Below are positions 12,627 to 24,686 of a DNA stretch of 64,000 bases, piece by piece (position 1 is the first letter of the stretch; every line of letters starts with the position of its first letter). The notes beneath the pieces were generated by a model that did no database searches, was not told where the DNA came from, and saw only the letters and a program-made list of their open reading frames with translations. The position numbers were made by a program, and so were the translations under genes. This DNA is from Hypanus sabinus (Eukaryota): NCBI RefSeq assembly GCF_030144855.1, contig NC_082722.1:27590001-27654000 (forward strand), written 5' to 3'.

Positions 12627-14099
12627 TTTTTTTTTCTTATCATACGACAATTACTGATCAATATTGATGCACAGAGGCGTTATTGCAAAAATTACGTTGC
12701 AATTTTTTTCACATCTTCAAATCTATATTTTCCTCGGTTGAACGTTGAGCTAATGAGCAAGAATAACTGTTCCGCAGGAGTTTCTTTAACCTGTAAACAA
12801 ACTTTCTCTCGCTGGTGATGACAGATCTCTGATTTGTCTTCATCCTCCGAGGACTGTGGAGGGAGTATCCCGGAGATATGGTTGAACATTGGGGAGGAGA
12901 ATATGGTTGAACATATCAGATATTATCGTCTTGAATGACCAGGCAGTAGAGAGAGGTGGAATGGCTTAACTCCAATCCTATTCTTAAATGTCTTACTTTT
13001 ATTTTTTCCAGTAATTATCTCCTCAAATAAATCAAAAGAACGTCGAAGACGAAAATGATTGCTTATCTTGTCAACATATACATATTTTATCAATTAACAA
13101 TCTTTGTCTGGATGCAGGAAATGAAACGAAGCAATGCCTCGGGACTGCACTTATTGACAGTCTATAACTCTAATCTGCAGTTGGATTCTCAGCTTCATGG
13201 TTTCTTTGATGTATTTATATCTGCCGGCAATATATGTTGGTTTTGATGTATGGTCGCTGAGATGTTTTTAGAATCGGGAAGCATAAGAGCAACGAAAGTC
13301 AGTTTGTCAGCTCCATTTCTTTTAGTCTGTGAAAATATTTCAAAATTAGCGGTCAATCAAGAATACTTTGAGTTGAACAAATTGAATCAGAATTTCTAAA
13401 AAATACATTAGTGATGGACTCATAAGTTATCAATTATAGATTTCTGCCATTTTACACAAAGCTTATATCAATTTTTTTCAACATTTCCCTTTTTGATTCG
13501 TTGGGTATTTCAACTCCAAGAACCGGTGATGTCCCACAGGAAATAAATAATCGTTTATTTCCTTACTTGAAATGAATTTTATCAAAATCGAGTTGGGAGA
13601 ATAGGTAACTCAGTGAAGCAGCGGTTATAGTAAAAAATATTTCGCTAATTCAAAATACAAGCGCATTTTTGTGTTATATATGCCTGGTTGCCGCAAACTG
13701 TTTAGACTATAGATCTTAAGGGTGTTTCCTCAGTCGCACCTGCCAACTGAACTCCAAATGCACACAGACTCTGCCAACAGTGGATACCACACAAATGACA
13801 GAATGAATGTTGGCACTATGTTCATTCATGCCGAATGGTTACTGTTTTGTCACAGTTCGGTATTTTCATGAATAACCCCAATGTTCAGTTGGTTCATTTT
13901 TCCTCTGTTATTATCAGATATTCGTTTTCATTATAAAGCTGATATTGGACGTTGGAAAAGATGGCTATTCCCATTTTTATGCTTTTTAGTGTTTCCTCGT
14001 TTGGGAATAACATATGCAATTAAATTCGTAAAAGCACGGGAAAAAGATAGCCACGAGGGATTTTGTAGATGGTGGAAATCTTGAGAAATTCAATAAAAA

Positions 14100-14470
14100 A
14101 TGCGGATGTAATTCATCAGGTAAGGCAGCATGTATCAAGGCAAATAAACTGTCGACGTTTCTGTCCGAAGTGCTTTATCAGGACAGAAAACGAAAGGGTC
14201 AGAAGCTAGAATAAGAATGTGGGGAAAGAGTACAGGATGGCAGGTGATAGGAGACACCAGCTGGGTAAGAAGGCGTGTGGATGATGGGGGATGGAATGAC
14301 GTACACTTTAGAAGGTGTTGGTGAAGAAGGAAAACGGTGCAAGAAGGAATCTGATAGGAGGAGACAGTGGACTCTGGCTGAAAATGAAGGGGGAGGGGCA
14401 CCAGTGGAGGTGATGGGCAGATGTGGAGAAGAGTTGAAAGTGAGCCAGAATTGGGAATAGAGAAAAAAGA
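14100..14470 (-). mobile_element. Penelope-like terminal fragment
   Basis: Reverse orientation of the family at 8.9-9.3 kb (ggcagcat...gtcgacgtttc...tcaggac followed by a purine-rich tract). Confidence 0.6.
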
Positions 14471-16554
14471 GAATGAGAATGATGAAATATTTCAAAAGTT
14501 AGAGAGATCAATTTTCATGCCTTCATGTTGGAGTCCACCTGGACTGAAGAAAAAGGTGATGATATTTCGAGGACGTTCAGTTATAAATGCTAACAGTTTC
14601 ATTTTCGGTGAAAGGGGGAGAGCTCTGGCGCAGTCTCCATTTTGTTACAATGCCAAAGGTCTGCTCAGGTTTGTAAACTGATCTTCATTTGGGATAATGT
14701 TGGTCTTATTTACTGATTTCCTCCCGCATTCCAAAGACAACGTTGAGAGTGCTAATTGGTTAGGTGGGTGTAATTCGGCGGTACAAAATAGTTGAGCCGG
14801 GCGGCTTTGATACAATGCTAGATCTCAAAAGCAAGTTCATATTCACGCGGATCTGACTGCTTTACCTGAGATTAGATAATGCGTACTTCTTGTTGTCGAT
14901 TTTTGCGAAATCCTGTGCTCTCTGTCATACTTAGTGAATCATAGGCAGTGGCGTGCTCAACCACTGCTTGTTCAGCCTGCTAGAAAGAAAAAAAACATGT
15001 TTAATACTGCTTACTGATATTAAGAAATGGGATTAATATGGAATCTATAGATTTAGATATGGATTTAGATTTAATCTAAATGTGAAGTTCGAGCCTCTTT
15101 AGCGGGATCCATCGATTCCACCAACCATGCACCTCCTTCGCTGTCTTTAGCAGTCCTTGCAGGTGGTTAGGACTAAAGACACACGCCTCCTGCTTGCCAT
15201 CGAGTTGTACAGAAGCGACGTTTTTACATTCAGCCTCTGCTGCTTGTGGTGCTCTGAACAATTCAACACTTCCAACATTTTCAGTGTTTCTCTTTTCATT
15301 TCCTTGGTAGGGTCCGACGAGGTCCACCGTTGTGAACGGGAAAGGTGCAGCAGGTTCAATTCATTCGGGCGGTAAGTCACCCATTACTTGTTAGCATGTC
15401 CTCGCTTTTGCCTTCCTGCAGAGAATGCAGGCATCGACAACGTTTTGGGCAATTTTCCTTCCCCTTATGACCCATTCCTTTCTTCTCATCTGGAGCAAGG
15501 TTCCGACCACTCCGTCATGGCTTTCAGTGACCATGAACTAAGTTTGTTTCGGAATATGTAACGATAGAAAAGGATTTAAAATAGTTGAAATAATTTTCTG
15601 ACTGTGCACAAAAATATTGTCCGTATATCATACAGGACTGGGATACCAAATCCATTTCAGGCTTAAAATCGTTATGTTCACTTTAGTTTTCCAAACGACC
15701 AGTTAAAAATTCCTATCAATCGCCGAGTTTCTCGGTTCTGGCAATCTATTTTGTTTCATTTATTTTGTCATATCCCTTACGTTCCTCCAAATTCTGTGCA
15801 TGGGCTTTATCCGATCCGTTTCCCTCACGCAGCCCGTCAAATAATTTTAATGAGCAGATATCCTCCCCCCGGTGCTGTTAGAACCTGTGACCCTTAAAAC
15901 TGGCATTGTTTAGGTTAGGAGCTTAGAACAAATGGCAAGAACTGATGTATTTACGGAAAGAAGGCAGCAAATACGGGAGAGGCCTCTTACCCGCTGTTGA
16001 GCTGATTGGTTTTCTTGGTGAATCCACTAAATTACGATCGAATTAAGTAAAGCAGTTGGACATGCCCTTTACAGTAGATCGTTAAAATAGCATTTTCTTT
16101 GGCTGAAACAATGACATAGCATTCCAGAGCAATTAAGCAGCAGTAAAAATTGTATCTTCAATCTTCCAGCTTCAACTTGTATATTACTCGCATAAGCAGT
16201 CCTTCACGGAAGTATTTACGGAGTTCTACTATAATGAAGCCAGTATTATATATGGAACTAGGTTTTGGTGATGTGAAACGTTGCTGCAGCTGCTATCGTT
16301 ACCTAAAAGTAAAACTATGCGCTAAAATTGGAAAGGTGATTATTGGAACACAAGAAGACGCTTCCAGTTGTAGACTAGATGAGTATACAACCGATGAAGA
16401 TTTAATATATGCTAACAGGAGAATCTAGGTGCCCCAAATTTAATAACATTGAACTACTGGAAATCTGAAGGAAAACGGACAAATTAAGCACACGGTAGAT
16501 CTGGAAACTCGAGAGCAAAGAGTTAAAAGGTTAAAAGAGAGCAAAGGTTAACCT

Positions 16555-16878
16555 TTACGTTGCTTTCTGGGGGGGCGGGTGTTCAATCTGAAGGGACAAC
16601 CGTTTCTCCCTCCAAAGATGTCGTTTGAGGTTTTTAATATCTGGTTTGAATCCAAAATGAGAGATGGCAGAATTCTTATGTCTCAGGCACTTCCTTTGAA
16701 ATTGAGGATGACCGTCATTCAGCAGAGGCTTGTAGATTAGAAGGTGTCTTGTGGAGTTTCGTTTGGTTATCATTGTGCACCAGATACTACAAGGTCTTCT
16801 TCTATATTCGATTACATTGCAGGTTATAACCGACGGTGTGGGACTTTGCTGGGAATCGGGGTTAGAAACTGCACTTGA
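16555..16878 (-). CDS. VJ-C1 receptor, candidate last (cytoplasmic) exon containing ITIM-like LIYKPL
   Basis: Phase-0 acceptor cttgttttggaaag|TCA, then 108 codons open to TAA (SSAVSNPDSQQSPTPS...HLLIYKPLL...QKAT*). An alternative in-frame acceptor ttcccag|CAA lies 30 nt downstream. AATAAA on the minus strand at 15759-15764. Confidence 0.45.
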   Translation of the reverse strand, partial: SSAVSNPDSQQSPTPSVITCNVIEYRRRPCSIWCTMITKRNSTRHLLIYKPLLNDGHPQFQRKCLRHKNSAISHFGFKPDIKNLKRHLWREKRLSLQIEHPPPQKAT

Positions 16879-17347
16879 CTTTCCAAAACAAGATATCGTT
16901 GAAATTTTAATCCTGCTTACTGTGCGTTCAAATGAAATGTAACATATATTGCGAAATGAGTCGTGCGTGTACTGTATTTTCTAATTGGCACTACACCGCG
17001 ATTCTCGTAAACCGACATTTCACATCTAAAACGTCACAGTCTTAGATTTGTATTAGTTATTCGTCACACGAACTATGAGTAACAGCTTAAATTCCATTAG
17101 TTAATATCACCGTGCACCTTGATATAACTGTAATGAACTGGTGTGGAATTTCTAATGACGATATGAAACATATTCAACAGGAATATTCAAATACATCCTG
17201 GATGTATACATCAAAATAAAGAGTTGTCAGACAGAATCGTTTCATTCTTCCCGACTGCATTCCAAAATATTATGGAGCAAAATAAATTGATAATATCTCT
17301 ACTATTCGCATACGCTTCTCTGAAAGAAGACGAGCCAATTCACCTAC

Positions 17348-17379
17348 CGGCTCTTCATCCTGAGATCCCTCCAAAGAAC
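17348..17379 (-). CDS. VJ-C1 receptor, candidate short cytoplasmic exon (G)SLEGSQDEEP
   Basis: cag|GT...CCG|gtaggt, 32 nt, phase 1 to 0, in frame between the TM exon and the last exon. Confidence 0.5.
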
Positions 17380-17916
17380 CTGTGTTAATCCCTTAAGAAA
17401 GATAAAATAAATTATTTGTTTTGTAAAAATTGGACATTATTCGTTTGATACCGATCGAATTCATTGTGTAAGAGGAACTGTTTAAGACACGGATATTTAG
17501 ACTTAGACTAAAAAGCTAAGTCTTAACGAAGCTTAAACAGTCTTTGACTGCTAACGAAGCTGTAAAGTGATAGTAGCATATCAGTGGCCGTACTACATTT
17601 AAATACTGTCGCTGAAATGGAAGTTAAGATCAATGTTCTTTGCGCTTCAAAATATGGATCTGCCATTGTGTTTCAAACAGTTGAAGAACTCCAAAGTGAT
17701 TGAAAAGCATTTGTGAATGAGATGTGTAATACTTCGTGTGGACTGGTGAAACGGTTGAATTTAAGACCTATCTTCTATTGTAACCGAATATTATCTGAAA
17801 TCTGGCTTCGAAAATCGCGATCCATGTCAAATTATTTTCTGTTTTGAAGTTAAATGTCATTTACGCGTCCGTTTGAACTAATAGAGGTGATGTTTCTCAG
17901 AGATCAGCGTTCTTAC

Positions 17917-18027
17917 CATGCGATCTCTTTAAGTTGACTTTCATAATAATTATTATCAGTGCTAAAATTGCCAATCCGTCCACTGTGTATGCGAGAATCA
18001 ATTTAAGATCAGCGCCTTGTGGATGAA
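17917..18027 (-). CDS. VJ-C1 receptor transmembrane exon (V)HPQGADLKLILAYTVDGLAILALIIIIMKVNLKRSH
   Basis: Strong acceptor tttcttgttttcccacag and donor G|gtaaga, 111 nt, phase 1/1. About 20 hydrophobic residues followed by a basic stop-transfer segment. Confidence 0.8.
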
Positions 18028-18614
18028 CTGTGGGAAAACAAGAAACTGTGAAGCATTTATTCAGCTAAAAACAAATGCACACATGAGAATCAACAATGCA
18101 AAATAGGTTATATGCTCGTTACCAATCTCACTGCCAACGATCGGAAAATATATCGTAAGATATGGAAATGTATATTCGCACATTTGTTATATCACTATGT
18201 GTTTTATAGTTTACGTTTAGCTTTGTCATATTTTTAGCAAATGTCCAGACGTTTGGTACCGTACAATTACAGCACGTATTCAATTTCGTAATTCGTCCTA
18301 CACGATTTACACCGACGGGAATAACACATTAACTACTAAACACCTTTCACGTCTAATATTCCCTGTCAATTACTAATCTTCAAAATTAGTGTTTGCGTAG
18401 CTGTTCAGTTACTGTTCTTAACAAGCTTACATTGACCTCACCATTATGACTTGTAAGCACTTCCGTCTTACATTGAGCGCAAAAGATTCTGAACATGCTG
18501 AACTCCAGAGTAACACAAAAAATCCTGGAAGAACTCAGTTATTCAGGCAAATCTAAAGTGTCGACGTTTACGGCCCAGATCCAATATCATGACTTCATCA
18601 AGACTACATCTTAC

Positions 18615-18908
18615 CTTGCTCCTGTGTGTAGCTGAAAACGGCAGGCACCGTCAAGGAGACATGCAACACCAGACAAGTGTAAATATCTTTTCCCCAAGTA
18701 GACTGCGTGACTTCTAATAAACTAGTAGCTTCGTACAAGCCATCCACGTTTTGCATTGTCGTATTTTCTATTCCAGTGTGAATTTGTTTGTTATTTCTTT
18801 GCCAAACGATTTCTAATTTCTCTGGGAAGAAGGCAGCCGTTTTACAAAGGAGCTTTCGAGGAGACGAAAACCCTCCAATCGGAACAATTGCTAATGGAGT
18901 TGGAAGAG
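18615..18908 (-). CDS. Ig C1-set domain exon of the VJ-C1 receptor
   Basis: LLCKTAAFFPEKLEIVW...QNVDGLYEATSLLEV...YTCLVLHVSL (C, FxP, W, N.DG.Y, YxCxVxH). Acceptor tttgtttttactcaag, donor G|gtaaga, 294 nt, phase 1/1. Confidence 0.92.
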
Positions 18909-20364
18909 CTTGAGTAAAAACAAAGTTATATTGGGTATTTTCGATCCATTTCAATGCAGGTAAATTAATTTATCTCCCCACCAACTAGCATGACATTCCA
19001 ACTATCAAATTAGTTACCCGCCAGTACTAACCAGTATTTAATAAATTCTTTCAATTTCATGTTCTGTTTATTGTTACTCAACCATATACACACACCGCTA
19101 AGCGAACCATTGTTCTTTTGGGTCAAAGTTGCAAAATACAATACAGTATATGTAGTCACATACAACACGTATAGCTACCGTCCAGCACAGATAGTCACAA
19201 AATAAGCAAAATACAAACGTTTGTAAAACAGTCACCTTGGGAGCTGGATGAAAGGAAGAGTTCAGAGAATACAGTGACGAAGAGTTCCCGAGTGAGGAAG
19301 ACATTCTATTTTCAATGGTATTTGAGCTTTGTTACACAGTTGGGCTTGCGGCGACCGTTAACTTTATAAAGCTGGCTACAATTGGATTTTGATTTTCGTA
19401 TCAAGACTGAGCTACAAAACCCAAAATATCACAAATTTCTATAGTACAAATGCACATGGAGTTTAATATTCTGGTTGTTCAACTGCTTAGGAAGTGTTCC
19501 AGGTCTTGGGATGAGCTTCCCAGTAATAAACATTCAGTAATGCAGCTTTCCCCGGAATGTGAACCATTCCCGCAACAGTTTCTCAGTATTGAATGTGGCA
19601 GATGATATCCTCCGTGAAACAACCAAAAACGCAAATACAAATTGATATTAAGCGGCTTGATTCCATAGTTCCATACTTTCTAAACCCTGAATTCCTGCAG
19701 CAAAATTGTCGACAGTGTCTTGGTGCTGCTATAGGATCGTTTGTGGAAATTGCGAGTTAAATTTTAAGGTTTTGTAAACGTGGACTGCTTCCACTACCGT
19801 TGTGGTCGGTGTCTAACATGGGAGATTAAATAGTTAGATAGCTTTATCCGCCTCTCACAGCAGTTAGGATTTCACTTTGTCTACAATAGCCATCCGGAGC
19901 TCACGGTTGCCTGACTCCACTCCCCACGCCCATACCGACGTCAACGTTCTTGGACTTCTCAAATTCTTTTTAAGGACAATTCTAAGGAGAAGAAAAATCG
20001 AAGGGCTTCTGCAGATACACTAAGAACAAAGGGATAGCGACAGATAAAATTGATCCATTTGAAGATCAACAGGTTCAACAATGCATGGAGCCGAAAGAGA
20101 TGGGGCGGGAGAGCGGAATATCTTATCCATTTCCATTTGTATTTTTCACGGGAGACTTACACATCGACTGTACAACTAAAGCAAACCAGAAGCAATGTCG
20201 TGGCCCATATACAGATTACAGGATGAGGCAAATTAGGGCCCAGGACATGGCAAGGTGTCCCATCGGACCTCGTTGGAAGCTAAAGCAGAATATGAAAGGG
20301 CCCCTATAGAGGTACTCGTGGGTGTGGTGTCGGAAAACTACGGTATAACTAATGTTTTAAGACC

Positions 20365-21420
20365 ATATGACTATTGGATATAGGAGCCGAATTAGGCCAG
20401 TTGGTCCAACAATTTTGCTCTGCCATTTCATCACAGTTAATATTTTCCTTTCAGCCCAAATCTGCTTCCTTCTCCCCGTAGCTGTTCATGTCCTAACCAA
20501 TCAAGTATCTATTACCTCTGTTTTAAATATCCATAATGACTTGGTCTCCATAGCAGCCTGTGGCAAAAAAAAGTATCTGCTTCATCTCATTTTAAAAGGA
20601 TACCACTCTATTCTGTGGCAGAGTCCTCTGGTATTATATTCTCCCACCGTCGGAGACATCCTCTCCACATCCACACTATCAAGTACCTTCATGTTTCAAA
20701 AGATTTCAATGCGGACGCCACTATTATTTTCTGAATTCTAGTTAAAATAGGCCCAGAGCCGTGAAACGATCTCATATGACTAGCTATTTATCAATGACAT
20801 ATAACCTTAAAAGAATTGGTCACAACCCAGACCCCTGTGGAACACCAGTAGTCACGGACAGCCAACTAGATTCCCATTCTTTGTCTCTTACCAATCAGTT
20901 ACGGCTTTATCCACCCTAGAATCTTTCCTGCAATACTTTGTGCTCGTATCTGGTTAAACAGCTTGGGCATGGTACCTTGTCAGAGGCCTTCTGAAAATCC
21001 AAGTACACAACAACTGATTCTACGTATCTTTATCTATCCTGCTTTTCCATCCTTCAAATAATTTAATCAGATTTGCCTGGCAAGAGTTTCCCTTCAGGAT
21101 ATCATACTAAATATGGACTGTGTTATTATGTGCCTCCGAGTAACTTAAAACCTGTTCCTTAATAACGCACTCCAACACTTTGTCAGCCAATGAGGAAGAC
21201 TGACCGGCCTACAGTTTCGCTTTTCTGCCTCTCTGCCTTCTTGAGGAGTGGAGTGACATTTGCAATTTTCCGGTCTATCAGAACCATTCTAGAAGCTAGT
21301 AATTCTCTACAATCTCACCAGCACCTTTTATCAGAATCCTGAGATGCACATCATCAGGTCCAGATGAATTACCTATCTTCAGACCTTTCAGTTTCCCAAG
21401 AACTTGCTCTGCAATTATGT
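20365..21420 (-). mobile_element. CR1 LINE fragments (3' end and RT), degraded
   Basis: Reverse CR1 tail (accata..taggagccgaattaggcc) followed by reverse RT sequence (..gaggccttctgaaaatccaagta..). Confidence 0.65.
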
Positions 21421-21439
21421 TTCTAGTTTAGCTGCTGTT

Positions 21440-21900
21440 CAAGATATACTCTCGGAATAAGCCGGGATAATATAGACTTGTTGGTATTTTAGAAATGTGG
21501 GCAATTTATTGGAAGATGTTCTAAAGAATAGGATATATAAATATTTGGTTAGACTGGGCTTTACTGGGAATTGACCCCATTGTTTTCTGCAAGGTAGGTT
21601 GTGCCTAACCAATCTTAATGAGCTTATCGAGCGGGTTACCATTGATGTTGATGAAGGATACCAGTGGATATGGTCAACATGAATTTTAGCAAGGTCTTTG
21701 GAAAGATTCTGCAATGGGGTGGTGGTCTGATCAGGCACGTTCGCTTGGCATTCGGGATGAAGAAGTAAGTTGTATCTAACGTTTGCTCCGCCGGAGAAGC
21801 CAGAGTATGGTAGCAGATAGTTGTTCTTTGACTAGTGCTATGTCACATGAGTATCATAGCTCGAAGCGGGTTACGGACCAGGTGGGCTGAAAATGGCAGA
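21440..21900 (+). mobile_element. CR1 LINE RT fragment, degraded
   Basis: ggcaatttattggaagatgttcta...ggtaggttgtgcctaaccaatctt...gaattttagcaagg, corresponding to GxLLE..GRxCLTNL..DFSK. Confidence 0.65.
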
Positions 21901-22539
21901 TATAATTTAATGAAGGTAATTGCAAGCTGTTGTGCAACGCTATCAAAATTCACCCTGATGCTGAGAGGTCTTTATTTCTCCCCATTTCGTATGGTGAATG
22001 AAATATAGATTTTGCTAATCCTGCATGACAAAAGGTGGAATGACAATTTGCAGTGCATGCGACAAATTGTTAGTGATGCTGGAATTAACTCGTTTAAAGC
22101 TGGGTATTATTCCTCTCTACTTTTGATGCCGATATGGAGCATTGTGCTGCTGCATACAGACATTTTGATATGGATTATATAAGTTTTCATATTTTGCTGC
22201 TCTATGATGACGAATCGAGTTATCCAACTCCAGCCATTCACATTAGTATGAATATTATTTCGACTTCTTTCTTACACAGCAATTCTAGCCTTGCTTGAAA
22301 AGTATTCCGTTGCATTCAGAATTAACTCTATTATGCGCTTTAAAGGTGCTACGTAAAATGTGATTAATTCTTCTAATCTTTGTAATTATGAACTTAGAAC
22401 ATCTGGACTTGGGTGTATTGAAAAGAGGGAAACAAATGTACTCTCGCCGTTTGTTTTAACAAATTGAAACATCTTATCCTCATCACTAAGTTTGATGTAA
22501 AATGCACAGAGCTGAAAATCTCCAAACAGCCACACTCAC

Positions 22540-22845
22540 CGAACACAGAGAGCCTGGTGCCATTTCCTCTCCCGAGATATCGTTCTTGATACCTTGCTAC
22601 ACAGTAATACATTCCGGAGTCGGCGACTTTGACATTCCAGAGTACAAGTGAACCCCTTCCCCTTTCGAGAGTAAATTGTCTTCTGTCGTCCTTTACTAAC
22701 AATGTCTTCTCGCTGTCCTTCCACCAACGGACGTCAACAGTATCTTGCAATAGTGGAAATTTGCAGAACATGGTAACATTCGCACCTCGCAGGACGTTCA
22801 GGTCCCTAGGGAATTGAGATACTTCGCTCGCAGTTACTTTGACGG
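22540..22845 (-). CDS. Ig V-set exon with germline-fused J-like strand (VJ domain, NKp30-like)
   Basis: EVSQFPRDLNVLRGANVTMFCKF..VRWWKD..SLVLWNVKVADSGMYYC..GRGNGTRLSVF shows canonical C, W, L, D.G.YYC and G-x-G-T-x-L-x-V. Acceptor cttatttttccggcag, donor G|gtgagt, 306 nt, phase 1/1, joining C1 in frame. Confidence 0.93.
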
Positions 22846-23998
22846 CTGCCGGAAAAATAAGCAAGAGTGTTAGTAACAGTTAAACACAATGAATTAACAA
22901 AAAATACTAAAGACGTTAGTCCCTGGACATCGAAGAGCGAAAGACGAACGAATAGTTGAAACACTGTAACCAGATATGCTGCGGGCACCCAGGATTAAAT
23001 ATTCAAAAATAGAATATTCAGTTCGGAAGTGGCAGTTATAAATCAGCATACTTAGCCAAGTAATAGCCAGAAATGCCATGTACGAAACCCTCAATTTCAC
23101 CGACATCTTGCAGAATCCTAATGGACCAACTCCTGCAATGCAAGTGGTGTTTTAAAGAATTTGCTGGAGGAAAAGGTCTCCTTGAGGAAATGCATTAAAC
23201 ATGTAAACATGACGTAGGATGACGCCCCCGTAATGCAGAATAATGTGGTTCAGAGTTAAAATCTGCCTGGGCTGGGAGGAAAATAAGGACTCTAACAGTT
23301 CTAATTTTTTTGCATGGCCTACCTAGTACTTTCGTGATAATGCTGGAAATTTTGCCCTCTTGCCAAATTCAGGAATTATCCAAATGTTTATTGAGATATA
23401 AACTCAAATCCGTACTCTGCGCATTTTGATGGTAAAGATGGAAATCCGCTTAGGAGTTGAAGAATGTCTAATAAGATAGGCGGGCAAACTAATAACAACA
23501 TTTCTTCATTCTAATTTATCTTTGCAGTTTTCTCCATTTCAATGAGATACCTTCAGTGAAATAGCTCATTGCTGGTTTCTCCAGTAAAGCAGTTGCGCTT
23601 TTACGACCAGAAGGTTTTAAGCCGCGAAGGGTAGGGACGGAATTACATAAATGAAAATATTTCTTTCTCTTGATAATTTCCTTAAGGTTTTGGTTATAAC
23701 AGTTCGACTAATGAACTACTGATTAACGTCCAGATTGCAAACCAAAAAGGAAATGATGAACGAGACTGAATTGAATAGCAAGTACATTCCCTCGGACGTC
23801 GTCAAGTACACACATCTCCGGCACAATGTTTGTTTTGGATTCTGAGAATTGATGACTATTTTTTCAGCAATTTTCGTGTAATTTAAATGCTGAAGTTTCA
23901 GGAAACAAAAACATTTAATGTGAAAACGTCACGAATTAATTCCAGTGACAGATTTCAGGGTTTTTTTTTCAAAGTAGGCCCCATAATGAGGGCCCATA

Positions 23999-24678
23999 AT
24001 GGAGTTTCATGTAGATAGGGTGGTGAAGAGGGCTTTTGGAACGCTGGCCTTTATAAATCAAAACATTGAGTACAGAATTTGGGATGTAATGCTAAAGTTG
24101 TACAAGGCATTGGTAAGGCCAAATTTGGAATATTGTGTGCAGTTCTGGTCACCGAATTATAGGAAAGATATCAATAAATTAGAGAGAGTGCAGAGACGAT
24201 TTACTAGGATGTTACCTGGGTTTCAGCAATTAAGTTACAGAGAAAGGTTGAACAAGTTAGGTCTCTATTCATTGGAGCGTAGAAGGTTGAGGGGGGATTT
24301 GATCGAGGTATTTAAAATTTTGAGAGGGATAGATAGAGTTGACGTGAACAGACTGTTTCCTTTGAGAGTAGGGGAGATTCAAACTAGAGGACATGATTTG
24401 AGAGTTAGGGGGCAGAAGTTTAAGGGAAACACGAGGGGGTATTTCTTTATTCAAAGAGTGATAGCTGTGTGGAATGAGCTTCCTGTAGAAGTAGTAGAGG
24501 CCAGTTCAGTTGTGTCATTTAAGGTAAAATTGGATAGGTATATGGACAGGAAAGGAGTGGAGGGTTATGGGCTGAGTGCGGGTAGGTGGGACTAGGTGAG
24601 ATTAAGGGTTCGGCACGGACTAGGAGGGCCAAGATGGCCTGTTTCCGTGCTGTGATTGTTATATGGTTATATGGTTAT
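23999..24678 (+). mobile_element. Young 5'-truncated CR1 LINE (RT C-terminus and 3' UTR)
   Basis: Uninterrupted 198-aa ORF (LYKALVRPNLEYCVQFWSP..LERVQRRFTRMLPG..RGDLIEVFKIL) ending in a (tatggtta)n-type tail. Confidence 0.93.
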
Positions 24679-24686
24679 AATAATCA

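Noticed and set aside
19098-19304. ORF with a Cys-rich hydrophobic stretch between V and C1
   Set aside because: No compatible splice sites found, and V already joins C1 in frame.
22806-22988. Leader-like peptide (YLVTVFQLFVRLSLFDVQG) just upstream of the V exon
   Set aside because: No ATG and no GT donor at the needed position. It is T-rich intron and polypyrimidine sequence.
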